From an uncultured Campylobacter sp. (lineage in GTDB: Bacteria > Campylobacterota > Campylobacteria > Campylobacterales > Campylobacteraceae): a DNA stretch of 64,000 nt. Shown here one piece after another: positions 48,870-58,334 of the stretch. Both the position numbers and the translations under genes were made by a program. Every line of letters starts with the position of its first letter. Position 1 is the first letter of the stretch. The stretch covers positions 51,703-115,702 of the forward strand of contig CAUQPS010000001.1 of NCBI GenBank assembly GCA_963520005.1, written 5' to 3'. The notes below the pieces were generated by a model. It had not been told where the DNA came from. It worked only from the letters and a program-made list of their open reading frames with translations, and did not search any database.

Positions 48870-49262
48870 AACAATCTCGCTGTTTGCGATAAAAAGGGGG
48901 AAATTTAAAATAAAATTACGCAACTTTGTAAAGATTAAATTAATGAATAGTGAAATTTATCGCCCGATTTATGATTTTATGATTTGACGAATATTTTTGG
49001 CTTGCGCCCCAACCTCGACTCGCGAATAAAAGCGATCAAAACCTCAAAATTTCCAAAACGCCAAACCGAGCCGCCAGATAAAATTTTTACCGAAATCAAA
49101 GAGTGAAATTCCGCCGCTTTTAAATTTTAAAATTTAGAAAGCGCGGTGAAGCTTGCGAGCTGAAATTTCTTTTTAAATTTAAAGCGCGACTCCATAGATT
49201 TATACAGCCTATGCAGCCGCGCGGAATTTAGATAACGGATAAAAGCCCCAAATTTAGATAAT

Positions 49263-51104
49263 CTACAGAGCCTTTGCGATTAGCTCGTTTACGTTTTTGA
49301 TAAACTCGCTCGGATTTTCCAGCTCCTGTCCCTCGCTAAGACGCGCCAGATCGTAGATTATCTCGGCTACTTGCGGCAGCATCGGCTTATCGGCCTGCAG
49401 CTTTTTGATGATCTCGTGATCTGCGTTGATCTCCAAAATAGGCTTTATTGGCGGCAGATTGCGACCTCCCATCTGCTTAAGCAGCTGCTGCGTCGCGAAA
49501 TCGGGATCGTTCTCGTCAAAAACAAGGCAGGAAAGCGAGCCGCTTAGACGCGATGAAATTTTAACGTCCTTGACGCGTTCGCCTAAAATTTCTTTGATCT
49601 TTGCGGCGATCTCTTTGGCTTGCGGCGCCGCGGCATCGTCGCTCGCAGCCTCTTGCTTGATCGAAGTCGCATTTTTTACAGGCGTCTTATCAAACTCAAA
49701 AACGCCCGGCATCACGATCGTATCGATCTCATCATCGCAGAGCAACACCTCCGTGCCTTCGGCGTTAAATTTCTCGATCAGAGGCGAGCTTTTAAGCATC
49801 GCGGCGCTGTTTCCCGCGATATAATAGATCTCTTTTTGATCCTCTTTCATTTTTTCCTTATACTCGCTAAGCGTGATGAGGCCGTCTCGCAAATTTGATT
49901 TGAAAAGGCATAGCTTTAAAATTTCCTCTTTGTTTGCACCGAAGCCGTAAAGCCCCTCTTTCAAAACCTTGCCGAATAATTCGTAAAATTTTATGTATTT
50001 TTCGCGATCGTTCTGCAAAAGCTTCTGCAGTTCGGATAGAATTTTTTTCACGCTCTGTTCGCGGACATAGGCTAGAATTCGATTTTCCTGCAAAATTTCG
50101 CGGCTTACGTTTAGCGGCAGATCCTCGACGTCCATTATGCCGCGCACGAAGCGCAGGTAGCTAGGCAGCAGCTCTTTGGCGTCGTCGGTGATGAAAACGC
50201 GCTTGACGTAGAGCTTCACGCCGCTTTGATAATCGACGCGGTATAGATCGAAAGGCTCGCTGCTCGGCACGTAAAAAAGCGTCGTGTATTCGTGCGTGCC
50301 CTCGGCCTTGGTGTGGATGTAAAACAGCGGATCGCCGCTATCGTGGCTGATCTGCTTGTAAAATTCATTATAATCGCTCGGTTTTAGGCTGCTTTTCGGC
50401 AGCTGCCAAAGCGCGCTCGCGCGGTTGATCTGGACGTTTTTAACCTCGCTATGTCCCTGCTCGCCCTCTTTTTGCGCAGGAACGTACTCTTCTTTATCCA
50501 TAAAGATCGGATAGGGGATGTGGTTGGAGTATTTTTTGACGATGCCCTCGAGCCTGTAGCCGTCTAAAAACTCCTCATCTTTCATGTGCAGGATTATCGT
50601 CGTGCCGAAGTCCTCTTTCTCCGCCTTTTCGACCATGTAGTTGCTCGCGTCGCTGCTCCATTTAAAGGCGTCTTGCGAGAGCGGTTTGCGGCTGATCACC
50701 TCGATACGATCCGCTACCATAAACGCCGAGTAAAACCCGACGCCGAACTGCCCTATGAGGTTGCTGTCCTTCGCCGCATCGCCGCTAAGGCTCGCCATAA
50801 AGCCCTTAGTGCCGCTGCGCGCGATGGTGCCTAGATTGCTCTCGAGCTCGGCTTCGTCCATACCTATGCCGTTGTCGCTGATGCTTAGCGTTTTGGCCTC
50901 TTTGTCGATCTTTATATCGATGCGCGGCACATACGAAAGCGCCTTGTAATCGTCGTTCGTAAGGCTTAGATAGTTTAATTTATCCAGCGCGTCGCTTGCG
51001 TTTGAGATCAGCTCGCGTAGGAAAATTTCCTTGTTTGAATAAAGCGAATGGATCATCAAATTTAGTAGATCATTCACTTCGGTCTTAAATTTTTTCTTTG
51101 CCAT
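49263..51104 (-). CDS. htpG: Chaperone HtpG (Hsp90)
   Basis: [54 protein letters not shown]. Confidence 0.98.
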   Translation of the reverse strand: MAKKKFKTEVNDLLNLMIHSLYSNKEIFLRELISNASDALDKLNYLSLTNDDYKALSYVPRIDIKIDKEAKTLSISDNGIGMDEAELESNLGTIARSGTKGFMASLSGDAAKDSNLIGQFGVGFYSAFMVADRIEVISRKPLSQDAFKWSSDASNYMVEKAEKEDFGTTIILHMKDEEFLDGYRLEGIVKKYSNHIPYPIFMDKEEYVPAQKEGEQGHSEVKNVQINRASALWQLPKSSLKPSDYNEFYKQISHDSGDPLFYIHTKAEGTHEYTTLFYVPSSEPFDLYRVDYQSGVKLYVKRVFITDDAKELLPSYLRFVRGIMDVEDLPLNVSREILQENRILAYVREQSVKKILSELQKLLQNDREKYIKFYELFGKVLKEGLYGFGANKEEILKLCLFKSNLRDGLITLSEYKEKMKEDQKEIYYIAGNSAAMLKSSPLIEKFNAEGTEVLLCDDEIDTIVMPGVFEFDKTPVKNATSIKQEAASDDAAAPQAKEIAAKIKEILGERVKDVKISSRLSGSLSCLVFDENDPDFATQQLLKQMGGRNLPPIKPILEINADHEIIKKLQADKPMLPQVAEIIYDLARLSEGQELENPSEFIKNVNELIAKAL

Positions 51105-51126
51105 TATGCGGTCCTTTTTGAAAATT

Positions 51127-51202
51127 TTGGCAGATTATATCATGGAGTGCTAATCTTGTCAAGAGTAGAATAAATAAACTTGATATGAATCCTATCAAGT
51201 TT
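51127..51202 (-). promoter_or_regulatory. htpG promoter with CIRCE-like and HAIR-like operators
   Basis: TTGACA (51157-51162), 17 nt, TATAAT (51134-51139); exact CIRCE half-site TTAGCACTC (51145-51153); inverted repeat AAACTTGATA-N7-TATCAAGTTT (51176-51202). Confidence 0.75.
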
Positions 51203-51467
51203 TGGAAATTTAGAGGTGCATTTTAAAATTTAGCGTGGAATTTTGCTCGATTTGCTACCTACAAAATAGCCGCTCATTCGGCGTAAAATTTTGACTTCCA
51301 CACGCGCCAAGCACAAAGGTGCCACTGCGAAAGCCGCAAAAATTTCAAGCGCGGATTTCGATAAGAATTTCGGCGCATCATAGCGAAGCCCCTTCCTCGC
51401 AGAGAGGAAAAAATCAAAAAAATTATCTCTTAAAAAACCGATAATTAAATTTATAGATTTTTAAGTA

Positions 51468-51485
51468 GGGGGGGGGGGGTAGAAT
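51468..51485 (+). repeat. G12 homopolymer abutting a TAGAAT -10 box (candidate phase-variable promoter)
   Basis: 12 consecutive G (51468-51479) in AT-rich DNA, immediately followed by TAGAAT. Confidence 0.7.
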
Positions 51486-51508
51486 ACGTTAAATTTTTAT
51501 TTGAAAGA

Positions 51509-51733
51509 ATGCAAATAAATGTTAAAGAGATTTTTGATAAGTTAATTAATAACAAAATACTTAATTTGCTTGGAAAAAAGTTAGTATTTGGTTGTTTGAT
51601 AGCTTTGACGAGCAGACTTATCTCTATATATTTTACCGATGACATAAACGATAGAAATTATATTTTAATTTGGTTAGCGTTTTTTGTATTTCTAGCTATA
51701 AGCATTTGCATTATCTTAAAGGAGAAAAAATGA
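51509..51733 (+). CDS. Small AT-rich membrane protein (two predicted TM segments)
   Basis: 74-aa ORF with two hydrophobic stretches; ATGA overlap with the next gene. Confidence 0.5.
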   Translation: MQINVKEIFDKLINNKILNLLGKKLVFGCLIALTSRLISIYFTDDINDRNYILIWLAFFVFLAISICIILKEKK

Positions 51734-52374
51734 AGAAAGTAATTTTGATTTTGGTGGTTCTAGCGAATTTAGCATTTTCTACTGAAGAATTAACACAAAC
51801 TCAAATCGAATATTTAGACAAAGAGTGCGAGAGCGGAGATAGTCCAATTTGCGTTGGATTAGGAGATAGTTATCTTTTTGGTTTTGGAAATTCCGGTTTG
51901 AACAAAGACTATAAAAAAGCTAAATTTTATTTTGAAAAAGTTTGTAAAGAAGATAAAAATATCAAGCAAGATGAATATTCTCTAGAAGCCTGCCTAAATC
52001 TTGGACTTATGTATCAAGATGGATTCGACGTTAAGCCAAACTATAAAAAAGCTTTTGAGCTATATAGTATAGCTTGCGACGGCGGACTTACCGGAGCATG
52101 CTCAAATATCGGTTTTATGTATGAAAAGGGGCAAGGCGTGCAAAGGGATATAGTAAAAGGCGCAGCGTATTATAGAAGAGCTTGCGACAAAGGAGACGTT
52201 GGCGGATGTCGGAATTTCGCTTCATATCTTTATAACTATGGGGATAAAAGCAAAGCTGCAGAATACCTTAAAAAAGCTTGCGATCTTGGCAGAGATGATT
52301 ACAGCACGCAGAATTACCCAGAGTATAAAAGTAGGTGGCAAAAATCTTGTGATATGTATGATATCTTAAAATAA
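51730..52374 (+). CDS. Secreted cysteine-rich Sel1-like repeat protein (Hcp-like)
   Basis: AAGGAG RBS then MKKVILILVVLANLAFS signal; SLR repeats with paired Cys (ACLNLGLMY, ACDGGLTGACSNIG, ACDKGDVGGC). Confidence 0.88.
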   Translation: MKKVILILVVLANLAFSTEELTQTQIEYLDKECESGDSPICVGLGDSYLFGFGNSGLNKDYKKAKFYFEKVCKEDKNIKQDEYSLEACLNLGLMYQDGFDVKPNYKKAFELYSIACDGGLTGACSNIGFMYEKGQGVQRDIVKGAAYYRRACDKGDVGGCRNFASYLYNYGDKSKAAEYLKKACDLGRDDYSTQNYPEYKSRWQKSCDMYDILK

Positions 52375-52381
52375 TCCAAAT

Positions 52382-52412
52382 TTTACCCGAGCTGAATTTG
52401 CATTCGGGTAAA
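52382..52412. terminator. Hairpin between the Sel1 gene and convergent murG
   Basis: TTTACCCGA...TCGGGTAAA inverted repeat. Confidence 0.55.
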
Positions 52413-52640
52413 TCCGCTCAAATTTTCCCAAATCAAATTTAAATTTTCGCTGCTATCGTTTTCGCCGATCTTACGTAGCCGATCCTTGCTCCGTCTTTCG
52501 TTCTCAAAGCATCATATTTTGCTCTATTGCGCCGTATTTGCGCGCAGCAAAGCGCACGAAAAAGTAAATTTTAAAATTTTATTCGCCCTACCTACGACAA
52601 AATTTACGCGCAAAGTATGGGCATAAAAAACGGAGGTGCC

Positions 52641-53654
52641 TTAAATTTTACTCATCACATCGTCGATTATCGCTTGTGCGCCGTTTCGATCAGCAAGCTC
52701 AAGCAGTCCTTTACTCGCTCGCGCCACGTCGAAGCTCTGAATCAAACCTAAAATCCGCTCGCCGCTTGCGTCCTCTTGACGTAAAATTTCGCAAAGTCCG
52801 CGCTCTTTAAGAAATTTCGCGTTGTAAAACTGATGATCCGCCGCCGCGAACGGAAACGGCACGAATATCGCAGGCAGGCCGTTTGCACAGAGCTCCCACA
52901 GCGTACTGGCACCGCTGCGTCCGACGCAAAGATCGGCGCTTGCGATAAGCTCGTGCATGTTTTTGCAAAAGCCCACGAGCTGTACGTCCAGACCCTGCTG
53001 CGCGTAGATCTGCGAGATGCGCTCAAACTCGCGCTCGCCGCATTGATGGATCACGCCGTAGCCGAGGCCCAAAAGCTTAGGCGCAAGCTCCACGGCAAGC
53101 GAGTTAATGAAGCTCGCCCCCTGCGAGCCGCCCAAAAAGATGACCCTCTTAAGCGCCGTGCGCTGCCGCGCCGTTTCGAAAAAAATATCCGCGATCGGAT
53201 AAGCAAACGCGGGCTTTTCATAGGAGCTGTAAAACGCGCGCGCAAAGGGCCTCAGCAGGCGGTTAAGTCGCCCGCAAACGGCGTTTTGCTCGTGGATAAA
53301 AAACGGCACGCCAGAAAGGATCGCCGCGATGGATGCGGGCGCCGAGCTGTATCCGCCCACGCTGATGAGCGCGCGGACGCCGTTTCGCTTTAAAATTTTA
53401 CGCGCCGCAAGCGAAAGGCGCAGGATATTTAGCAGCGAGGCTAGCTTGGCAAAGCCCTTTTTATCGACGACGCCCGAGCTTTGCAGAAAATAGGTGCGCG
53501 CAAAAAGCTCGCTGCCCTCAAACCACGCGCGATCCTGCCCACGATTTGAGCCGATGAAGATTGCCTTGGTGCCCTGCTTCGCAAGGCGGGCGGCTAAATT
53601 TTTAGCGATTATCAGATGCCCGCCGGTGCCACCGCCGCTGATTGCTATGACCAT
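52641..53654 (-). CDS. murG: Lipid II GlcNAc transferase MurG
   Basis: SGGGTGGH, VGGYSS, HEQNA, GGSQGA, RSGAST, DHQFYNA. Confidence 0.96.
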   Translation of the reverse strand: MVIAISGGGTGGHLIIAKNLAARLAKQGTKAIFIGSNRGQDRAWFEGSELFARTYFLQSSGVVDKKGFAKLASLLNILRLSLAARKILKRNGVRALISVGGYSSAPASIAAILSGVPFFIHEQNAVCGRLNRLLRPFARAFYSSYEKPAFAYPIADIFFETARQRTALKRVIFLGGSQGASFINSLAVELAPKLLGLGYGVIHQCGEREFERISQIYAQQGLDVQLVGFCKNMHELIASADLCVGRSGASTLWELCANGLPAIFVPFPFAAADHQFYNAKFLKERGLCEILRQEDASGERILGLIQSFDVARASKGLLELADRNGAQAIIDDVMSKI

Positions 53655-53790
53655 ACTTTTCCTTTAAATTTATAAAATTTCGCGCTTAAATTTAAGCCTC
53701 GGCGCGCTTCGGCGTAAAATTTTAAGCGCGATTCGGCTCTAAATTTTACGTCTAAATTTAAACAACGCTCGCCCAAAGCCCGCAAAAGCT

Positions 53791-54951
53791 TTAAAATTTC
53801 GCCCTTTTCGACGCCATCAAAACGAGCCCCACCGCAAACGACGCCGCGAGCAAGTGGCTGCCGCCGTAGCTTAGAAACGGCACGGCGATGCCCTTAACCG
53901 GCGAGATCGACGTAATACCGTAGGAATTGATAATGAACGAAAAGAAAAACATAAAGCCGATACCCAGGCAAAAGAGGAAATTTACGTTACTCGGCGACTT
54001 ACTCGCAGTCTGAAAGATGCGAAATAGCATCGCATAAAATAGCGCCACGATGAACAAAATCCCGACAAATCCCCACTCCTCGGCGATACCTGCGAGCACG
54101 AAGTCGGTATGCACCTCGCTCAGATATCCTAGCTTAAAGCTTCCCAGCCCAAGTCCCTGCCCGAAAAACTCGCCGTTGTTTATCGCATTTAGCGAGTGTC
54201 CGACCTGATACGGCGCGCTAGCGTCCTCTATACGCAGCCCGGCGGCTGTTTCGGGCGACATAAACGATAGCACGAAATCCTGCACGCCGCCCCACCACGA
54301 GCGCACGCGATCGACCCTGTGCGCGCTCGTGACGATAAAAACGTAAGCAAGCCCCAAAATCCCCATAAAGCTAAAGCCGATGAGCTTGAAGCTAGTGCCC
54401 GCAAAAAGCGACATAAAAATCATCGTAAGCCCCAGTACCGCGACCTGCCCCAGATCGTTTTGCACGATGGCGACTAGGATTACGACGAAGCCGAAAAGCG
54501 CTACGTAAGGAAGCAGCGTCGCGATCTCGCGCCCGATGCTTTTTTTGGAGTGATCGAGCTTGCGCGAGAAGCTCCACGCCAAAAAGTAGATGAAGCCCAC
54601 TTTGAAAAATTCCACCGGCGCGAGGTTAAAAAACGGCAGCCTGATCCAGCGCGCCGCGCCGTTTACGTCGGCGACCAAGGATTTAGGCAAAAAGCCCATC
54701 GCGAGCATCAAAATCCCCATTATCGCAAAAAGCGACATACACACCGGCGTTAGGCATTTATCGGGATCGGCGCGCGAGACGATCCACATCACCGCGATGC
54801 ACGCGATCCCCACAGCGCACTGACGATAAAAAAAATGTAACGGCGTAGCGCCCAGCAGAAGCACCGTATATGAGCTCAGCGACAGCGAAAATATCATGCC
54901 GATCGTAATGAGCGCGCAGGTGAAGTAATATAGCCATTTATCGGTTTTCAA
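53791..54951 (-). CDS. ftsW: SEDS peptidoglycan glycosyltransferase FtsW
   Basis: NGAARWI, PVEFFK, QNDLG, SEVHTDFVLAGIAEE, PFLSYGGS; adjacent to murG. Confidence 0.92.
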   Translation of the reverse strand: MKTDKWLYYFTCALITIGMIFSLSLSSYTVLLLGATPLHFFYRQCAVGIACIAVMWIVSRADPDKCLTPVCMSLFAIMGILMLAMGFLPKSLVADVNGAARWIRLPFFNLAPVEFFKVGFIYFLAWSFSRKLDHSKKSIGREIATLLPYVALFGFVVILVAIVQNDLGQVAVLGLTMIFMSLFAGTSFKLIGFSFMGILGLAYVFIVTSAHRVDRVRSWWGGVQDFVLSFMSPETAAGLRIEDASAPYQVGHSLNAINNGEFFGQGLGLGSFKLGYLSEVHTDFVLAGIAEEWGFVGILFIVALFYAMLFRIFQTASKSPSNVNFLFCLGIGFMFFFSFIINSYGITSISPVKGIAVPFLSYGGSHLLAASFAVGLVLMASKRAKF

Positions 54952-55747
54952 TCATCTCTCCGTTTTAAAATTTATTCGCATTTGCGTGTGCCGTGCACGC
55001 TTCGTCTGCTGCGCGAGCTCAAACCTCGCATCGCGCCCGTGCCGCACGGTGCCGATCGTGGCACCGCCTTTTAAAAAGCGTACGGCACGACCACGTATTG
55101 TCTTTTGGCACGCAGCACAATCGTGCATCTTTGACGAGTGGCGCGAATTTTATTCTCGCACATAGGCGACTTTGCGGTGCATGCTGCAGGATAGTGCGCC
55201 GTGAAGCACAGCACGTCCCGCGCCGCCTTGCAAGTACGCATTCTTCTTACACAAGGCGACTTTCGGCATACGAAACGTAAATTTATACCGCACAAGCCGT
55301 CTGCCGATAGACGCGGCGCGATTTAAAATTCAGGTCCGCTGCGGCAAATTTTAAAATTTCAAAATTCCAAAGCCCTAAAAAAGTGAAATTTTAAAATTTC
55401 AAATTCTGCCGATCTTTGTAAATTTATAAAATTTAAAATCGCAAAATTTTTAGCACTCAATTTTAAAACCCTGCCCTGTTCCTGCTCCGCTTGCGCCCTA
55501 AAATTTCACGCCGCTTTTAAAATTTGGCGCCAAGAACACAGCGCTCAATTAAACCGCGCTTTAAATTCCAATGCGTCTTAAGGCGCGCACGCCGTAAACG
55601 CAAGCTGCAAAACGCGCTGTTTGTACCTGCCGAGCTCTACTTCAAAGCGCCGCCGCACCGCAAAGAACTTTGACATATCCTCGCATCCGTATAAACCGTC
55701 CGCCTTTCCGCAGCCGCAGAGACACAAGTGCGAGCTGCGAAACGCGC

Positions 55748-55925
55748 AAATTTTAAAATTTAAAATCCGCTATGCAGATCAAAAAAATTTTAAAATTTCA
55801 CTGCTGCATATCCGATAAATTTTAAAATTTCACCGACGCAAACCGATCAAATTTTAAAAATTCCGGCGCCCGCGAATTTAATAAATTTCAAAATTTCGCC
55901 GCTTAAATTTCATCGAAATTTTAAA
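55748..55925. repeat. Degenerate about 32-bp tandem repeat built on palindrome AAATTTTAAAATTT
   Basis: Copies at 55748, 55785, 55817 and a variant at 55849, with related linkers (CACTGCTGCATATCCGAT / CACCGACGCAAACCGAT). Confidence 0.7.
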
Positions 55926-55927
55926 GC

Positions 55928-58210
55928 TTACTTGATTATATCGCGCTGACCTTTAGCGTTGATCTCGCTTAAAACGCCCATCTGCTCAAGCTGCTCGATG
56001 ATCGTCGCGGCGCGGTTGTATCCGATGCGCAAGCGGCGTTGCAGGTAGCTGATCGAGGTCTTCTCCTCCTCCAAAACGATCGCCTTCGCCTCGTCGTAAA
56101 GCTCGTCAAGCACGATATTTTGCGGATTGATTATGCCGCCTTCTTGCTTGGCGCCCTCGTTTTCGATCAAAAATCGCTCGTCATAAACGACGCTTTCTTG
56201 CGCCTTTAAAAATTCCGCAATCTTGTTGATCTCATTCTCGGTCGTAAACGGCGCGTGCAGGCGGATGAGCCCCGGCGCGGTAGGCGGCGTAAACAGCATA
56301 TCGCCCCGCCCGAGCAGGCTGTCCGCGCCCATCTGATCCAAAATCACCTTGCTATCGACCTTCGAGCCCACTCGGAAGCTGATGCGGCTAGGTAAATTCG
56401 CCTTTATCAGCCCCGTGACGACGTCCACGCTAGGGCGCTGCGTCGCTACGATGAGATGGATGCCGCTAGCGCGCGCCATCTGTGCCAGACGCGCGATGTA
56501 GTGCTCCACGTCCTTGCCGCTCGTCATCATCAGATCGGCGAGCTCGTCGATGATAACGACGATGTAAGGCAAAATTTCGCCGCCCTCGCGTAGCATCTTT
56601 TCGTTGTAGTTGTCAATATTTTTCGTCCTGTTTTGCGCCATGAGCGAGTAGCGCTGCTCCATCTCGGCGACAAGATTGCTTAGCGCGATGATCGCCTGCT
56701 TAGGCTGCGTGATGACGGGCGTCAGCAGGTGCGGGATGTCATTGTAGATGCTAAACTCAAGCATCTTGGGATCGATCATTATAAGCCGCAGGCTCTTGGG
56801 CGAGTTGCGATACAAAAGGCTAAGCAGCATGGCGTTGATGCCCACGCTCTTGCCGCTTCCGGTGGTGCCTGCAATGAGAAGGTGCGGCAGCTTTTTAAGA
56901 TCGGTGACGAAAGGCTGCCCCACGATGTCCTTGCCAAGCACGATGGTAAGCGGGCTGGAGGCGCTTTTAAACACGTCGCTTTCTAAAATTTCGCGCAGAT
57001 AGATCGTATCGATATTTTGATTCGGAATCTCGATACCCACGACATCTTTGCCCGGAACCGGCGCCTGGATACGGATGGTCTGCGCCCGAAGCGCCATCGC
57101 CAGATCGTCTTGCAGCGTTAGAATTTTACTTACTTTGATGTGCGCGGCGGGGCGAAACTCAAAGGTCGTAACGACCGGGCCCGAGTAGGTTCGCACTACG
57201 TCGCCGTCGATCTTAAATTTACGCAGCTTATCGAGCAGGTCGTAAATTTTACGATCGATCTCGCTCTCGTCGATATTGCTTTTCTTTTTCGGCGGCAGGT
57301 TTAAAAAATCAAGCGGTGGCAGCTTAAAATCCTTGGGCTTAGCCACCCTGCCCTTATCGAGCTGATCCAAAAGCCTTTTATTTTCGGCGACCTCGCTTAG
57401 GCGCTCGACCCTTTTTAGCCTGCTCGGCTTTCCCTTCTGCGGCATTTTAAGCTCGCGTTCAGCGGAAGCCTGCAGACCCTGCGCGTCACCGAAATTCTGC
57501 TCATTCTCGGGCTCGCGAGCATCGTTTAAATTTTGTAAATTTCGCTCGCCTTCAAAACCGCGTCCGCTTGCACCCTGCTCCGCAAAATTACCCTGTTTCG
57601 CCGAATTGTCCTCTGCGCTCAAAGTGTCATTCAAAGCGTTAAAATTTTCCGCACCTCTCAAGCCCTGCGCAGACGAATACTTTGCAAGCCCGCCTCTTTG
57701 CGCCGCATCCGCATCGCTAGCAAAATCGTCTCTAATTTCATCCTGCGAGCTTTCATCTCTTGAGCCAATAAAGCAGTTTTTGATGATATCGGTAAAACGA
57801 TCTTCAAATATAAGTACTAGTGAAAGCACAAAAATCGTAATATTAAAAATCCACACGCCGACGCTTCCAATCATGCGCCTAAGTCCATCCACTGCAAAGC
57901 TGCCGACTGCTCCGCCGCTAGCACCGAATAGACTCGACTGCACCATCAAAATGGTAAAAAACAGCAAAATTGCGCCGATACTAAACTCAAAAAATCTAAA
58001 GTCAAAACCGCGAAAATGCTTATAAGCTACGTATGCTAAGGCGAGCAAAAATAGCGGATAGATGTATGCAAAATAGCCGAATAGCTGGGTATTAAACGAG
58101 CGGATGGCGTTGCCTGCGCTGCCTACAAGCGCGGAATCGGGCGCAATAGTAGCAAGCCCAAAAAATATTATGATAGCCGATACGACGATAAAATATATTT
58201 CTTTAACTAT
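55928..58210 (-). CDS. ftsK: DNA translocase FtsK (start probably a non-canonical ATA at 58210)
   Basis: PHLLIAGTTGSGKS, IDPKMLE, IIDELADLMM, ATQRPS, gamma domain SISYLQRRLRIGYNRAA. Frame stays open 54 codons upstream of the TTG at 58048 and encodes additional TM helices. Confidence 0.93.
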   Translation of the reverse strand: MVKEIYFIVVSAIIIFFGLATIAPDSALVGSAGNAIRSFNTQLFGYFAYIYPLFLLALAYVAYKHFRGFDFRFFEFSIGAILLFFTILMVQSSLFGASGGAVGSFAVDGLRRMIGSVGVWIFNITIFVLSLVLIFEDRFTDIIKNCFIGSRDESSQDEIRDDFASDADAAQRGGLAKYSSAQGLRGAENFNALNDTLSAEDNSAKQGNFAEQGASGRGFEGERNLQNLNDAREPENEQNFGDAQGLQASAERELKMPQKGKPSRLKRVERLSEVAENKRLLDQLDKGRVAKPKDFKLPPLDFLNLPPKKKSNIDESEIDRKIYDLLDKLRKFKIDGDVVRTYSGPVVTTFEFRPAAHIKVSKILTLQDDLAMALRAQTIRIQAPVPGKDVVGIEIPNQNIDTIYLREILESDVFKSASSPLTIVLGKDIVGQPFVTDLKKLPHLLIAGTTGSGKSVGINAMLLSLLYRNSPKSLRLIMIDPKMLEFSIYNDIPHLLTPVITQPKQAIIALSNLVAEMEQRYSLMAQNRTKNIDNYNEKMLREGGEILPYIVVIIDELADLMMTSGKDVEHYIARLAQMARASGIHLIVATQRPSVDVVTGLIKANLPSRISFRVGSKVDSKVILDQMGADSLLGRGDMLFTPPTAPGLIRLHAPFTTENEINKIAEFLKAQESVVYDERFLIENEGAKQEGGIINPQNIVLDELYDEAKAIVLEEEKTSISYLQRRLRIGYNRAATIIEQLEQMGVLSEINAKGQRDIIK

Positions 58211-58295
58211 GATTGATCCTTAAATTTAAAGCGGTATTTTAGCCAAACGAAGGTTAAAATTTTATTTGAAGGACGAAATTTTAATGCTTTGATAA

Positions 58296-58323
58296 AATTC
58301 CGCGCCCTCACAGGCGCGGAATT
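58296..58323 (-). terminator. Intrinsic terminator after ctsF
   Basis: AATTCCGCGCC-N6-GGCGCGGAATT perfect 11-bp stem. Confidence 0.7.
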
Positions 58324-58334
58324 AAATAAAGGGG

